A stretch of DNA of 64,000 bases, taken from positions 20,486 to 84,485 of IMG/VR virus record IMGVR_UViG_3300028840_004314; one strand, written 5' to 3'. This document shows, in pieces, positions 1 to 9,324 of this stretch. Source of the stretch: a virus. The notes under the pieces were generated by a model that did not search any database, was not told where the DNA came from, and was given only the letters and a program-made list of their open reading frames with translations. The position numbers were made by a program, and so were the translations under genes. How positions within the stretch are numbered: the first letter of the stretch is position 1; each line of letters opens with the position of its first letter.

Positions 1-82
1 AAAAGAAATCGCCCAGAATGCTACTTTCCAAGGTAGAAGTAGGGAGGGCTGGGAAGCCATCATACGAAGGCGAGCCATACAT

Positions 83-1573
83 GTGAAGTATGGAGACGAT
101 CTTGAACACGCCATAAGGTGTTATGTTCGAGAGATACCACGTCTACGAAGGATGTTGGCTTTGAAGGAGAATCAATGGGAGCGGGCACAACAGAAGTTAG
201 TGAGGTTAATGGATAAGTTAGCCTGCTGTTTAAAAGAACAGGAGTTAAGGAAGGCCGGGGAAGTTATAAGAAACCCCCACCACACCACGTACTACATCGA
301 CTATGGAAGTGGAAACGATGCCAATACTGGACTTTCTACGGGACAGTCCTGGAAGACCATCACACAGTACACTACTACGACAGTCCGCAGTGCCGGCGAT
401 ATTGCCCTGCTGAGGGCCAATGTAACCTGGACACAGGGAACAGAAGCGGTGGACATTACGTGTGACGAGGATGGAACCCTGGATGCCTACATTAGTATCA
501 TCGGTTGTGATAGTGTAACTAATGATCCATGGTCGGATGGGAGTGATGTAAAACCCATCATCGATTTTGAGGACGCCGCCTACCAGATCGACCTTACTAG
601 CGACGATTACTGGTGGCTGGAGAGGTTGGACATTCAAAGAGGGGCAGATACCAATGGGTATTTGTACATTAACAATGGAATAAACAATCGGATCAAGGAT
701 TGTAAATTCAGCCTTGGTACTAATGCCAGTTCCATAGGTGTTAAGGTTGAAGGGACGGCCCCGTGGAACAATGTTTTGGATGGCTGTACCTTTGTGGATA
801 ACAATGGAACGGACATTTCCAATGTTACCGGTGTACTGGTAGTAAAGGATTGTACCTTCAACGCTGGGTCGGTGGATGGCTGTGATGTTTGCATGTCGGT
901 TTCCAACATGTCAGAGATCCATATCCACGATGGTTCCATAGGTTCAGACGCCGTGGACTATGACACGGCCGTATTTAGTATTGAAAGTACTGGAGGCGGA
1001 GGTCAGATTTCCGGAGTTGGTGTTACTGTTGGATGTACTTTATCCACTACTGGATTCGCGGCCGCCACAGCAGGTAGTTTTTTGAAATTGGGCGATTGTC
1101 CCTCCGCTGGGGACGCGTACGAGGAAACCTGGCTGGGCACTATCACAAGAACGACTGCAGATATTCGGGCAGGTGGTGGAACCTCTATGGCTAAGATGGA
1201 GCCCAGTTCCGCGGTGGGTTTGTACAACCCACTGGTGTTTGGTGATGTGGAAACAGGATTCCGGGCCATGTGGGGTACATCAGGTGCCTACACAGCCACG
1301 GTGTACGTGAGAACAGGTTCAGCTTGGGACAGTGCTTTGACGGCCGCCGAGTGCTATCTAATGTGTTCCTACCTGGATCATTCAACTAACGCCACCAGGA
1401 CCTTTGTACAAAGTACCGAAACGATAACCAACGACGCGGCTTGGACAGCCCTAACTTGTAGTTTAACTCCACAACAGGAAGGATGGATGTACTTCTGGAT
1501 TTACTTGGCGGAGTACGAGGACGCCACGGAGTACATTGAAGTTGACATACTACCTGTAGTGGTTAAGGCCTAG
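83..1573 (+). CDS. Virion fibre/spike-like protein with parallel beta-helix (pectin-lyase-like) domain
   Basis: N-terminal coiled coil, then YYIDYGSGNDANTGLSTGQSWKTI (typical start of a beta-helix) and repeated I/V-x-D/G-C-x-F beta turns; structural-gene context. Confidence 0.55.
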   Translation: MKYGDDLEHAIRCYVREIPRLRRMLALKENQWERAQQKLVRLMDKLACCLKEQELRKAGEVIRNPHHTTYYIDYGSGNDANTGLSTGQSWKTITQYTTTTVRSAGDIALLRANVTWTQGTEAVDITCDEDGTLDAYISIIGCDSVTNDPWSDGSDVKPIIDFEDAAYQIDLTSDDYWWLERLDIQRGADTNGYLYINNGINNRIKDCKFSLGTNASSIGVKVEGTAPWNNVLDGCTFVDNNGTDISNVTGVLVVKDCTFNAGSVDGCDVCMSVSNMSEIHIHDGSIGSDAVDYDTAVFSIESTGGGGQISGVGVTVGCTLSTTGFAAATAGSFLKLGDCPSAGDAYEETWLGTITRTTADIRAGGGTSMAKMEPSSAVGLYNPLVFGDVETGFRAMWGTSGAYTATVYVRTGSAWDSALTAAECYLMCSYLDHSTNATRTFVQSTETITNDAAWTALTCSLTPQQEGWMYFWIYLAEYEDATEYIEVDILPVVVKA

Positions 1574-1602
1574 GACGATCAGAAGCCCAAGGTGATTTAG
1601 AA

Positions 1603-2295
1603 ATGACAACACCCTTTGCCAGAGCAGAATGGATAGGAGGATCTCCCTTTATGGTGGGATCCCTCCTCTACAATGTGGAGGGATGGTCTGGAGGGGCCCC
1701 ATACCTTGCGGCAGATCCAACGAGAACGGACGCCGAATGGTTAAGGACTTCTACACAAAGTTGGGCGTATCCAGACACAGAGTGGGAAGGTGTAATTCCA
1801 ATCGCTCGTGGAACGCGTCATATTGGATTTACAGATTGGGTGGAGACTATCAATGATGGAATTGGAGTAACCGACGTCGATGTAGGAAGTGTAGGTTTTC
1901 CACGTACAATTTCTGACGCCCTAGGTATGGCGGATTCAACTACAAAAGTATCTACTTTTGTTCGTACCGTGGCAGAATCTTTAGGGTTGACGGATGTCAC
2001 GTCTTCCCAGTATAATGGAGTACGATCCATAGACGATGGTATCGCAATCACCGATGTTAGTACAAGGGTATCCACTTTTGTTCGTTCTTTGGTAGACACC
2101 CTAGGATTATCTGACGCCGTGGTCAAGGACATGACTTGGACCATACTGGATTCCATGGGATACAGTGATTCACAGTTAGTGAGTTTTGGTCATGTAAGAA
2201 CTATCAATGATGTACTCGGTATGTTGGATGAAAAGGAAAAGGTGGAATTCGCTCTAGGTATGTGTGCTTTTTTGGTGATAAAACAGAGCAAGTAG
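1603..2295 (+). CDS. Repeat-containing virion/fibre protein
   Basis: Seven ~21-aa repeats of the form (V)R(T/S)IxDxLG(L/M)xD; Ser/Thr-rich. Confidence 0.5.
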   Translation: MTTPFARAEWIGGSPFMVGSLLYNVEGWSGGAPYLAADPTRTDAEWLRTSTQSWAYPDTEWEGVIPIARGTRHIGFTDWVETINDGIGVTDVDVGSVGFPRTISDALGMADSTTKVSTFVRTVAESLGLTDVTSSQYNGVRSIDDGIAITDVSTRVSTFVRSLVDTLGLSDAVVKDMTWTILDSMGYSDSQLVSFGHVRTINDVLGMLDEKEKVEFALGMCAFLVIKQSK

Positions 2296-2308
2296 AAAGG
2301 ACCTAACC

Positions 2309-2806
2309 ATGCTAGAAAGTAAAATCGGACTTCGTGGTGAAGTGATAGCCGAACTCCGTGGCCCGGATGGGAAGCTGAAGCAAAGATCGGTTACACATAA
2401 CTTGGTGACCGACCAAGGCGATGATTTCGCCAAGTCTGCCATTTACTCTGCGGCGTACAGTACCTGGGGAATGAAGCTCGGTACCGCCAGTACGGCGGCT
2501 GCCAAGAATGGGGCGGGAAGTTTCATCGCCGTTGGCGACTACGTGAGTGGTTCAGCCCAGGCTCTGGATGATTCCACTCCGAAGGAAGGAGCGGCTGCCA
2601 ATATTGTCCAATTCCGAAGACTGTGGGCGGCCGGGGAGGGTACCAGTGCCACGATCAATCGGGTGGCTATTGTGAATAACACAACGGACGCCGGGGAGGC
2701 AGATGCCACGGGAACCTTCGCCATCTCCGTCTTTTCTGCCACAATCGCCAAAGGGGCCGGCGACACTCTCACGGTGACATGGAATGTCACTTACACTGGA
2801 GCCTAA
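2309..2806 (+). CDS. Phage structural protein (beta-sandwich, fibre/baseplate associated)
   Basis: HNLVTDQG near the N-terminus and C-terminal KGAGDTLTVTWNVTY, a pattern common in phage structural proteins; SD AAAGGA. Confidence 0.5.
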   Translation: MLESKIGLRGEVIAELRGPDGKLKQRSVTHNLVTDQGDDFAKSAIYSAAYSTWGMKLGTASTAAAKNGAGSFIAVGDYVSGSAQALDDSTPKEGAAANIVQFRRLWAAGEGTSATINRVAIVNNTTDAGEADATGTFAISVFSATIAKGAGDTLTVTWNVTYTGA

Positions 2807-2808
2807 TC

Positions 2809-3420
2809 ATGCAACGGTTTGTAGCTGCTGTAGACAATGTGTTGATTTTTGATCTGGTTGCCAAGGAGAGCGGATCAGCCATTTCGTCGGGTACTGTTAA
2901 CTTCTACCTGGTGGCTGATTCAGGATCCAACCAGGGCAAATGGTGGAACGCCTCTACCAAGACTTGGTCGGCCACAAAAGTCTCCGCTGGTGTAGGGACC
3001 TACAAGGACGGGAGTACATGGAGGGTCACCGTAGACGCCGACGCCTGGGTAACCAGAACACATTACATAGTGTACGCGGAAACCGCGGCCGGGACTCACA
3101 TCCCGTATTCGGAGAAGGTGGTGGAATTGGAATATTCCACTGGTGTGGGTACTGTAGTTGTGACGGATACTTATGGTGGAGGGGATTACAGATACCTTAC
3201 ATCGGCTGGTATTGGAATTGAAAACGCCCTGGTGTACGCCTTCCTATCCTCGGATTACAGTGCGGATAATGTGGGATCCGCCTACATCAAGGCACAAACA
3301 ACTACTACAAGCACTGGGGAATGGAATAGCCCATTGAATTTGGATCCTGGGACGTATACCTTGTACTATTACAAGGCGAATGCCTACGGTCCTGATATTA
3401 CGACTCTTGAGGTGTCATAA
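2809..3420 (+). CDS. Ig-like virion protein
   Basis: ATG at 2809 just after the upstream stop; beta-rich with ENALVYAF...TTTTSTGEW...LDPGTYTL (prealbumin/CnaB-like fold). Confidence 0.45.
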   Translation: MQRFVAAVDNVLIFDLVAKESGSAISSGTVNFYLVADSGSNQGKWWNASTKTWSATKVSAGVGTYKDGSTWRVTVDADAWVTRTHYIVYAETAAGTHIPYSEKVVELEYSTGVGTVVVTDTYGGGDYRYLTSAGIGIENALVYAFLSSDYSADNVGSAYIKAQTTTTSTGEWNSPLNLDPGTYTLYYYKANAYGPDITTLEVS

Positions 3421-4454
3421 TGGCTGTTATTGGGACTCCTGTAACTACTACTACGACCACATCCACTGGGGATGTAACGATATACGAGACCTTTCAAAAG
3501 AATGGTGTGTATTTCGATCCCACTTCCGTGGTGTTGAGTGATACTACTGGTACCTACGGAGTGAAGCGGGACGATACCGATGCCGTGGTAGTGGCGGCGG
3601 GTACGGCTTTCACCAAGACGGCCACAGGGAAGTATGAGTACACCTTCACTCCTAGTGTGGGTGGGTTGACTTACACCTATGTTACTAAATGGGTACACGA
3701 GGGAGAAACGTTCCATGATTCGGAACGTGTTACAGATCGGGCGGGAAGTAGTCTGGCCTCCCAGAGGTCCACAAGTAAGTGGCTCACCTGGTTTGCCAAT
3801 CAGGCGCTTCCTCGTACACTCGCCACTCCACAGGCGGGTCAAGAACAAATCATCGAGACTGCCATCCGATTTTGGAACACACATAGTGCCTACAAACTCA
3901 GTACAATGGTGGACACGCCGGCCCAGGGTGGTAGGGTCCAGCTGAATTCACAATTCAAGAACGTCGTACAAGCCTATCCTAGCCAGCAGGCGTCCACCAT
4001 TTTAAATCACCATCCATTGTGGACATTGGTTGGTGTGGAGATCCTGGATAATGTGACAGGGGACTTGATCCTCATGTCAGAGGCGTATAAGAACTACCAG
4101 ATCTATACAGGAACGGACTTCCGATGGATGTGGGTAAAGTCGGATGACCCCGACACCGGTGGGTACCTGTACGTTAGGAACCCTCCCAACAATTCCTCCA
4201 AACTTCTGGTGGTGGGTACAAAACGAATTACGTCTACGGAAGATGTAATCATAGAGCCTGTGTTGGAATGGCTTCTTCGGTACGCCTGGGCGTTGTTGAA
4301 GAAACATGAGGGACGGGCCTTACGGGCCGCCGAGACGGCCGGTATCAAAACGGATGGATCGGATTGGTACAGCGAAGGAGAAGAGGAACGGAAACAATTG
4401 GAGGAAGAATTGTCCAGAAATGGTAGATGGGTAGCTTTTGCTAGGAGATGTTAA
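3420..4454 (+). CDS. Putative neck/head-tail adaptor protein with N-terminal Ig-like domain
   Basis: N-terminal TGKYEYTF Ig-like segment; C-terminal YAWALLK..EGRAL...DGSDWYSEGEEERKQLEEEL resembles T4 gp13-like neck proteins. Confidence 0.5.
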   Translation: MAVIGTPVTTTTTTSTGDVTIYETFQKNGVYFDPTSVVLSDTTGTYGVKRDDTDAVVVAAGTAFTKTATGKYEYTFTPSVGGLTYTYVTKWVHEGETFHDSERVTDRAGSSLASQRSTSKWLTWFANQALPRTLATPQAGQEQIIETAIRFWNTHSAYKLSTMVDTPAQGGRVQLNSQFKNVVQAYPSQQASTILNHHPLWTLVGVEILDNVTGDLILMSEAYKNYQIYTGTDFRWMWVKSDDPDTGGYLYVRNPPNNSSKLLVVGTKRITSTEDVIIEPVLEWLLRYAWALLKKHEGRALRAAETAGIKTDGSDWYSEGEEERKQLEEELSRNGRWVAFARRC

Positions 4455-4484
4455 AGTGATAACAACATACTAGGAACACTGAGC

Positions 4485-4760
4485 ATGCCAAAGAGGAAGC
4501 CGGTTAGAACACATACGTTCCGTTACGGTGTTTACAGAATCGAAGAGGCCTTGGGGGCCGATGGTGTTTGTGATGTACCAGACAACAGATTACGAAAAAC
4601 ACTGGATATGATGATCTACCAGGGAAATAGTCTAAGGGCGTTGAGAACGGCGATACATGAATCCATGCACGCCGAAGGTGTACCTGACAGATTCGTCCAT
4701 GGGCTGACTCCTGATAGGATCGCCAGTTTTCTATGGAGACTTGGTTGGCGACGAAGATGA
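4485..4760 (+). CDS. Small HExxH zinc-metallopeptidase-like protein
   Basis: TAIHESMHA motif preceded by a GVCD strand. Confidence 0.5.
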   Translation: MPKRKPVRTHTFRYGVYRIEEALGADGVCDVPDNRLRKTLDMMIYQGNSLRALRTAIHESMHAEGVPDRFVHGLTPDRIASFLWRLGWRRR

Positions 4761-5392
4761 TTAAACACATCGAACAATTAATGGAAGCCCATAGGGACAT
4801 CTTCAAGCCAATGCCAGAGGATGAACAGAGAAACATCTGGACTGACTTCCTGGCACAAATGGTGATATTGGAGGGATGGAAACTCACAGATCATGGAATA
4901 GAAGTTCCAGGTACTGTGAATTTCGGGGAGGATTTTACAGATGTGGAGGAACTACCCTTTAAATTCTGGACTGTAGGAGGCGATTTTCTCATATACAATG
5001 GAGTGTTGGCCACCTTGGCAGGTTGTCCAGTTCAAGTAAAGAAAACTTTCGACTGTGAAGGTAACATGCTGACTTCGTTGAAGGGTGGACCGAAATTTGT
5101 AGGGGCTCATTACGAATGTGGTTGGAATGTATTGAATTCCTTGGAAGGGGCCCCGGAGTTTATACCTGGAAACTTCTCTTGTAGCAATAATAACTTGGTT
5201 GATTTACGAGGTGGTCCAAGGGTGGTGATGGGTGACTATCGTTGTGAAAACTGTAACATAAGATCCTTCAAAGGGGCCCCAGAATATGTGGGCGGGAATT
5301 TCTACTATGCTAAGAATTCTGTGGATCTGGAGGATTACAAAGAACTACAGAAATGGTGGCTTCAACTTCGCCGAGAAGGTTTGAAGATATGA
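4757..5392 (+). CDS. Leucine-rich-repeat protein (22-aa GGxFxCxxNxLxSLxGxP repeats)
   Basis: About five repeats (LTSLKGGP, LNSLEGAP, LVDLRGGP, IRSFKGAP); ATGA overlap at 4757. Confidence 0.7.
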   Translation: MIKHIEQLMEAHRDIFKPMPEDEQRNIWTDFLAQMVILEGWKLTDHGIEVPGTVNFGEDFTDVEELPFKFWTVGGDFLIYNGVLATLAGCPVQVKKTFDCEGNMLTSLKGGPKFVGAHYECGWNVLNSLEGAPEFIPGNFSCSNNNLVDLRGGPRVVMGDYRCENCNIRSFKGAPEYVGGNFYYAKNSVDLEDYKELQKWWLQLRREGLKI

Positions 5393-6075
5393 TATTTGAT
5401 ATTGTAGATCGTATAATCAATGAGATCTCCTATCGTGGTACGGTACGAAAACAGAGATCCATTAACAGGCTGTTTCCTGATTTTGACGACAAGGTCCAGG
5501 GAGTAAGAAGCCGTGGTGGATTACGTCTCCAGGGACAGGACGAGAATACCTGGTACTTCAAGATCCATTCCGGTACCAAAGACAACGTTTGGTATGATGG
5601 TGTATTGGAGTGGTTGGATACACTGGATGTACTCCAAGAACAGGTATTCAATCGCCGCCTATGGGTGAAGGACAAAACACGGGTGGATCGTCGGCGGTTG
5701 GCCAAGGAGGTTTTGTACACGGCCAACATACGCTGGTTTTGTAGCTGTCCGGCCTTTCAGTATTGGGGCCCCTCGTACATCCTCAGTCTTTCCAGATACG
5801 ATGGGAAGTACGGGGATAGGGAAACCAGGCCACCTCGTATCAGGAACCCGCGGCAGTATGGTGCGGTGTGTAAACACCTGCAGAACCTAATCAACGTTCT
5901 GCCATTTTATGAATCCGATGTGGCTCGGTGGCTGACTGATTACTATGACGATGTAATACAGGAGTTGGAGTTGGCAGCCAGGGAGAACTACGGATGGATC
6001 CAAGCTGGGGCGGAGGAGCTTGGTAGACGTCAAGAGGAGCAAGAAGTAGAACAGGAAACGGAAAGGGAAGGATAA
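5389..6075 (+). CDS. SWIM-type zinc finger protein
   Basis: FCSCPAFQYWG...VCKHL; ATGA overlap at 5389. Confidence 0.65.
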   Translation: MIFDIVDRIINEISYRGTVRKQRSINRLFPDFDDKVQGVRSRGGLRLQGQDENTWYFKIHSGTKDNVWYDGVLEWLDTLDVLQEQVFNRRLWVKDKTRVDRRRLAKEVLYTANIRWFCSCPAFQYWGPSYILSLSRYDGKYGDRETRPPRIRNPRQYGAVCKHLQNLINVLPFYESDVARWLTDYYDDVIQELELAARENYGWIQAGAEELGRRQEEQEVEQETEREG

Positions 6076-6269
6076 TGAGTAGAATGGGGTGTCCACGTCG
6101 TGGTAGACTGTTGTTGGAATGTCAGGAGGACTTCAGTCGACGCATCGACGAGGAGGAAAGGATGTTACTTATGGAGACGGAGGGACTTAGTCGTGAATTC
6201 CTCCGGACAGTGAATGGAGACGGGGTGAGTTGGAAAGGGTCCCAGTTCAGAATAAAGAGGCCGAAGTGA
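6075..6269 (+). CDS. Hypothetical protein
   Basis: Translationally coupled at both ends (TAATG, TGATG). Confidence 0.5.
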   Translation: MSRMGCPRRGRLLLECQEDFSRRIDEEERMLLMETEGLSREFLRTVNGDGVSWKGSQFRIKRPK

Positions 6270-7156
6270 TGTTTGATCTGATTGAAAATATCGAGAACTA
6301 CGACGTGGTGAACGAGACTACCACCGAGGACAACGTGTCTTTTGTACCGGCACAAATGGGAGTAGTACAACACAGGTTGAAATCCTTGTCCAAGAAGAAA
6401 ACCGATTGGAACCTGGAGGTCCTGGAGGACATGAACAAGCGGGCCGTGATGTTTGAAGATCAAATGGCCTTCATTGTCCCCGATGAACATTGGTCTGTGT
6501 TCCAGTCCATTTTTGGATCGGAGGATTTGAAGACGGGTAGTGTAGTAAACCTTCAACGATTCTTGAACGAATCCATGGAGGATGAGCTGGAAACCTTGAA
6601 CAATGAGGTCCGTCCGGCTATAATTAATCTATATGAGTCATCTATTTTTGATGCGGCCGACGCGAATATACGAAGATGGATGGCTTTTTTCAAGAGAAGC
6701 GACCACGTTCCACAATCGGATGTGCTTGTTTCTTTCATCGACAAGCAAAAACAGTTGGCGGCCGTTATTACTGGTCTGAAGAAAGCCTACGGAGGGGAGA
6801 AGGGCAGTTTGGAGATGCTGCTGGATGCTTTGGAACAAAAGGATCCTTTGTCCACGTTTGAGATATTCAAACGCCGCACCTATTTGTATGGGGCCAAAGT
6901 ATCCAGTTTTTATGAAGGCGTCCAATTGTATTTTGTATCAACGATTGATCCAACGTACACTTTACAGGAAAAGGTGGTCATAAGGTCGGAAGGAGTCGCC
7001 GAAGAGTTAACAGTAGACATGGGAAACGTTAGAGTTGTGCGTGATACTATCTATCCGATAGGGGAACAGTTCAGCTCTAGCTTCTTTAACCTCCTACGTA
7101 CAGCCTTGGATGACTACACCACGGATGCTGTGGCCTCAATGGACGAGGAGAGTTAG
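6269..7156 (+). CDS. Hypothetical acidic protein (possibly head-internal)
   Basis: TGATG coupling at 6269; long ORF. Confidence 0.6.
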   Translation: MFDLIENIENYDVVNETTTEDNVSFVPAQMGVVQHRLKSLSKKKTDWNLEVLEDMNKRAVMFEDQMAFIVPDEHWSVFQSIFGSEDLKTGSVVNLQRFLNESMEDELETLNNEVRPAIINLYESSIFDAADANIRRWMAFFKRSDHVPQSDVLVSFIDKQKQLAAVITGLKKAYGGEKGSLEMLLDALEQKDPLSTFEIFKRRTYLYGAKVSSFYEGVQLYFVSTIDPTYTLQEKVVIRSEGVAEELTVDMGNVRVVRDTIYPIGEQFSSSFFNLLRTALDDYTTDAVASMDEES

Positions 7157-7190
7157 AAATCCACGAGTGTTTAACAATCAGGAGTAAACG

Positions 7191-7634
7191 ATGAACGTCA
7201 CAAAGAGAATTTTGGAAGCCAAGGAGATTTCTTTGTTCAAGAAACTTCTAACTGTTATGGGGGATTACTGTGTATCCTTCCCTGCCACAGGTGTTGACAG
7301 ATTGTTAGACGCCGTGATGGCGGCTGGGAAGAAGGTTCTTCCCTCGGACAAAAGAGCCCAGGCCATTCTGAACCACGTTTTGGATCAGGATTCGTGTGCG
7401 GCCGCCGTTCAGTGTCTGCTCAACAAACGGTTTTCCGATCTTCCGGCGGACATTCGCCCCATTGCCAAGATAAGGCGAAGACATGAAGTGGTCGTATGGA
7501 ACCGCGGCGGTACCATTTACGACAAGATCCAAGGATTGATCAACTGGGAGGGTGGAAGTGGATCGGGTAACTGGTCCACCGTGGAAGGAGACAAGGCCAC
7601 ATTACTGGATACGGAACAACCCGAGGACGAGTAA
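7191..7634 (+). CDS. Hypothetical protein (possibly head-internal)
   Basis: SD AGGAG; N-terminus MNVTKRILEA. Confidence 0.6.
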   Translation: MNVTKRILEAKEISLFKKLLTVMGDYCVSFPATGVDRLLDAVMAAGKKVLPSDKRAQAILNHVLDQDSCAAAVQCLLNKRFSDLPADIRPIAKIRRRHEVVVWNRGGTIYDKIQGLINWEGGSGSGNWSTVEGDKATLLDTEQPEDE

Positions 7635-7638
7635 ACCG

Positions 7639-8190
7639 ATGAGTGGTGTACAAGTAGATTTTAGTGACCTTCTTACGACGATCCAAGAATTAGAGGAACG
7701 GGTCATCTCCGAAAAGACCTCCGTACCTTCGGAGTTTTCCTACGATCCTATCATAAAGGCTTTTTGGGATCGAATCGTAAAGGAGGAGAGGGAGGCCAAG
7801 AACATACGTTTTGACATGGAAAACGACGATCCCATAGGAAAACCTAAGAAGGTTACTTTGGATATGAATTATCCAAATGGTGATCCAGTGGCCTTTCTAG
7901 CTCAGTTGTATAGTGCTGGTGGTGATTGGCAGAACTCCGTGGGCTACTTTCGTTGTCAGGATAGGCACAGGTACTTCATTGTTATTCCAGGACCGGAGGT
8001 CAACAAAAATCTGAGGAAGGACGAGGAAGGTTACTCCGTCAGTGATAACAACGAGGAGGACGGGGAGATGGTAACTGATATGGAGAAGGAACTTTGGGAA
8101 GCCATGAAACAAGAGGTGGCAGAGCGTTTTACAAAACACGTTAACGCAGACGACCATGACACGGAACCGGAGCGTGTATTTTACAATTAG
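7639..8190 (+). CDS. Hypothetical acidic protein
   Basis: ATG at 7639 after the upstream stop. Confidence 0.55.
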   Translation: MSGVQVDFSDLLTTIQELEERVISEKTSVPSEFSYDPIIKAFWDRIVKEEREAKNIRFDMENDDPIGKPKKVTLDMNYPNGDPVAFLAQLYSAGGDWQNSVGYFRCQDRHRYFIVIPGPEVNKNLRKDEEGYSVSDNNEEDGEMVTDMEKELWEAMKQEVAERFTKHVNADDHDTEPERVFYN

Positions 8191-8199
8191 GAGCCTGAA

Positions 8200-9324
8200 A
8201 TGATTAACGAACTCTATGACATCCTGGAGAGTATGGAGCCTTGTTGGGAGAAGGCCCCCACCATACCGGAACAACCTGTTGTCCAGAATCCTGGTGTTAA
8301 CGATAAGGAGCCGGAACTGGACAAGGAGGATGACACTGTGGTGGATCCTGAAAAGGTACATCCTGATAAGGAACCCAGTGGGATGGAACCTGTTTCTGGT
8401 AAGGAGACTGAACAGGATGTGAAGGAGTCTGAGAAGCCGGAGTACGATTTGGAGGGGGCCAAGGAAGCCATTGATTACGCCCAGTCTCTTATCGCCTCCG
8501 CGGAGAGTCCGGACCGGGACGCCGTGATACGCTCCGTCCAAGAAGAGTACGACCTCAGCCCACAGGAGGCCTCCATCGTTGTTGACCAAGCCAGGAAGGG
8601 TATGCTGGAGAAAGGAACCTTAAAGCTACCCGATAGTTTGGATCCGCTTCGTCTCTGTGACGACTGTTGCTGCACCTTCCGATCCAAGACAAGGGAGTGT
8701 ACAGAGTGCCAGTCCAAGAATACCTTTTCTCTGTTGGAAAACGAGGAGGACATCCAGGCCGACCTGGACGACATCACCGACGAGGTAGCCATGCAGGTCC
8801 TGGATACAGGTGGAACTATTCATCCTGGCAAACTGAAGAATCTGAGACTCCAGGTCGAAGAGTTTTTGAAGGGTATCGGTTACGACATTGACAAGCACAA
8901 CCCAGAGGACGTGATTCAGGCCATCGTCAATACCCTTCACACCTACGAAAGTAAGGTGACTGAGAAGTCGGAGGACGTTGAAGACGCCCTTACTGACATT
9001 GTGATCGATGTTGGTATGGAGATTGGAGGCGATCCGGAGGACCTGAAAGCCAAAGTCAAGTCCTTCTTGGATCACATGGACTTTTCCTACGACAAGGACG
9101 ACGTGGGAGAAGTGACTCAGGCCATTATCTCCACCCTGAAGACCTATCAGGAGTCCAGGGCCAAGAAGTTAAAGGAGCAAGACATGACCCCGCATCTTCG
9201 GGTAGTGGCCAGAGGACTCGAGGATCGGCGGGACGCCGAACAGATCGCCCAGTCCAAAAATGGACGGGTCGCCACGGATGATAGGGACGAAGAGAAATTC
9301 ATGGTTGTTGTGGATGCTTCCTAA
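8200..9324 (+). CDS. Acidic multi-domain protein with Zn ribbon and tandem ~65-aa duplication
   Basis: CDDC...CTEC; repeats ending DVIQAIVNTLHTYES and EVTQAIISTLKTYQES. Confidence 0.6.
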   Translation: MINELYDILESMEPCWEKAPTIPEQPVVQNPGVNDKEPELDKEDDTVVDPEKVHPDKEPSGMEPVSGKETEQDVKESEKPEYDLEGAKEAIDYAQSLIASAESPDRDAVIRSVQEEYDLSPQEASIVVDQARKGMLEKGTLKLPDSLDPLRLCDDCCCTFRSKTRECTECQSKNTFSLLENEEDIQADLDDITDEVAMQVLDTGGTIHPGKLKNLRLQVEEFLKGIGYDIDKHNPEDVIQAIVNTLHTYESKVTEKSEDVEDALTDIVIDVGMEIGGDPEDLKAKVKSFLDHMDFSYDKDDVGEVTQAIISTLKTYQESRAKKLKEQDMTPHLRVVARGLEDRRDAEQIAQSKNGRVATDDRDEEKFMVVVDAS

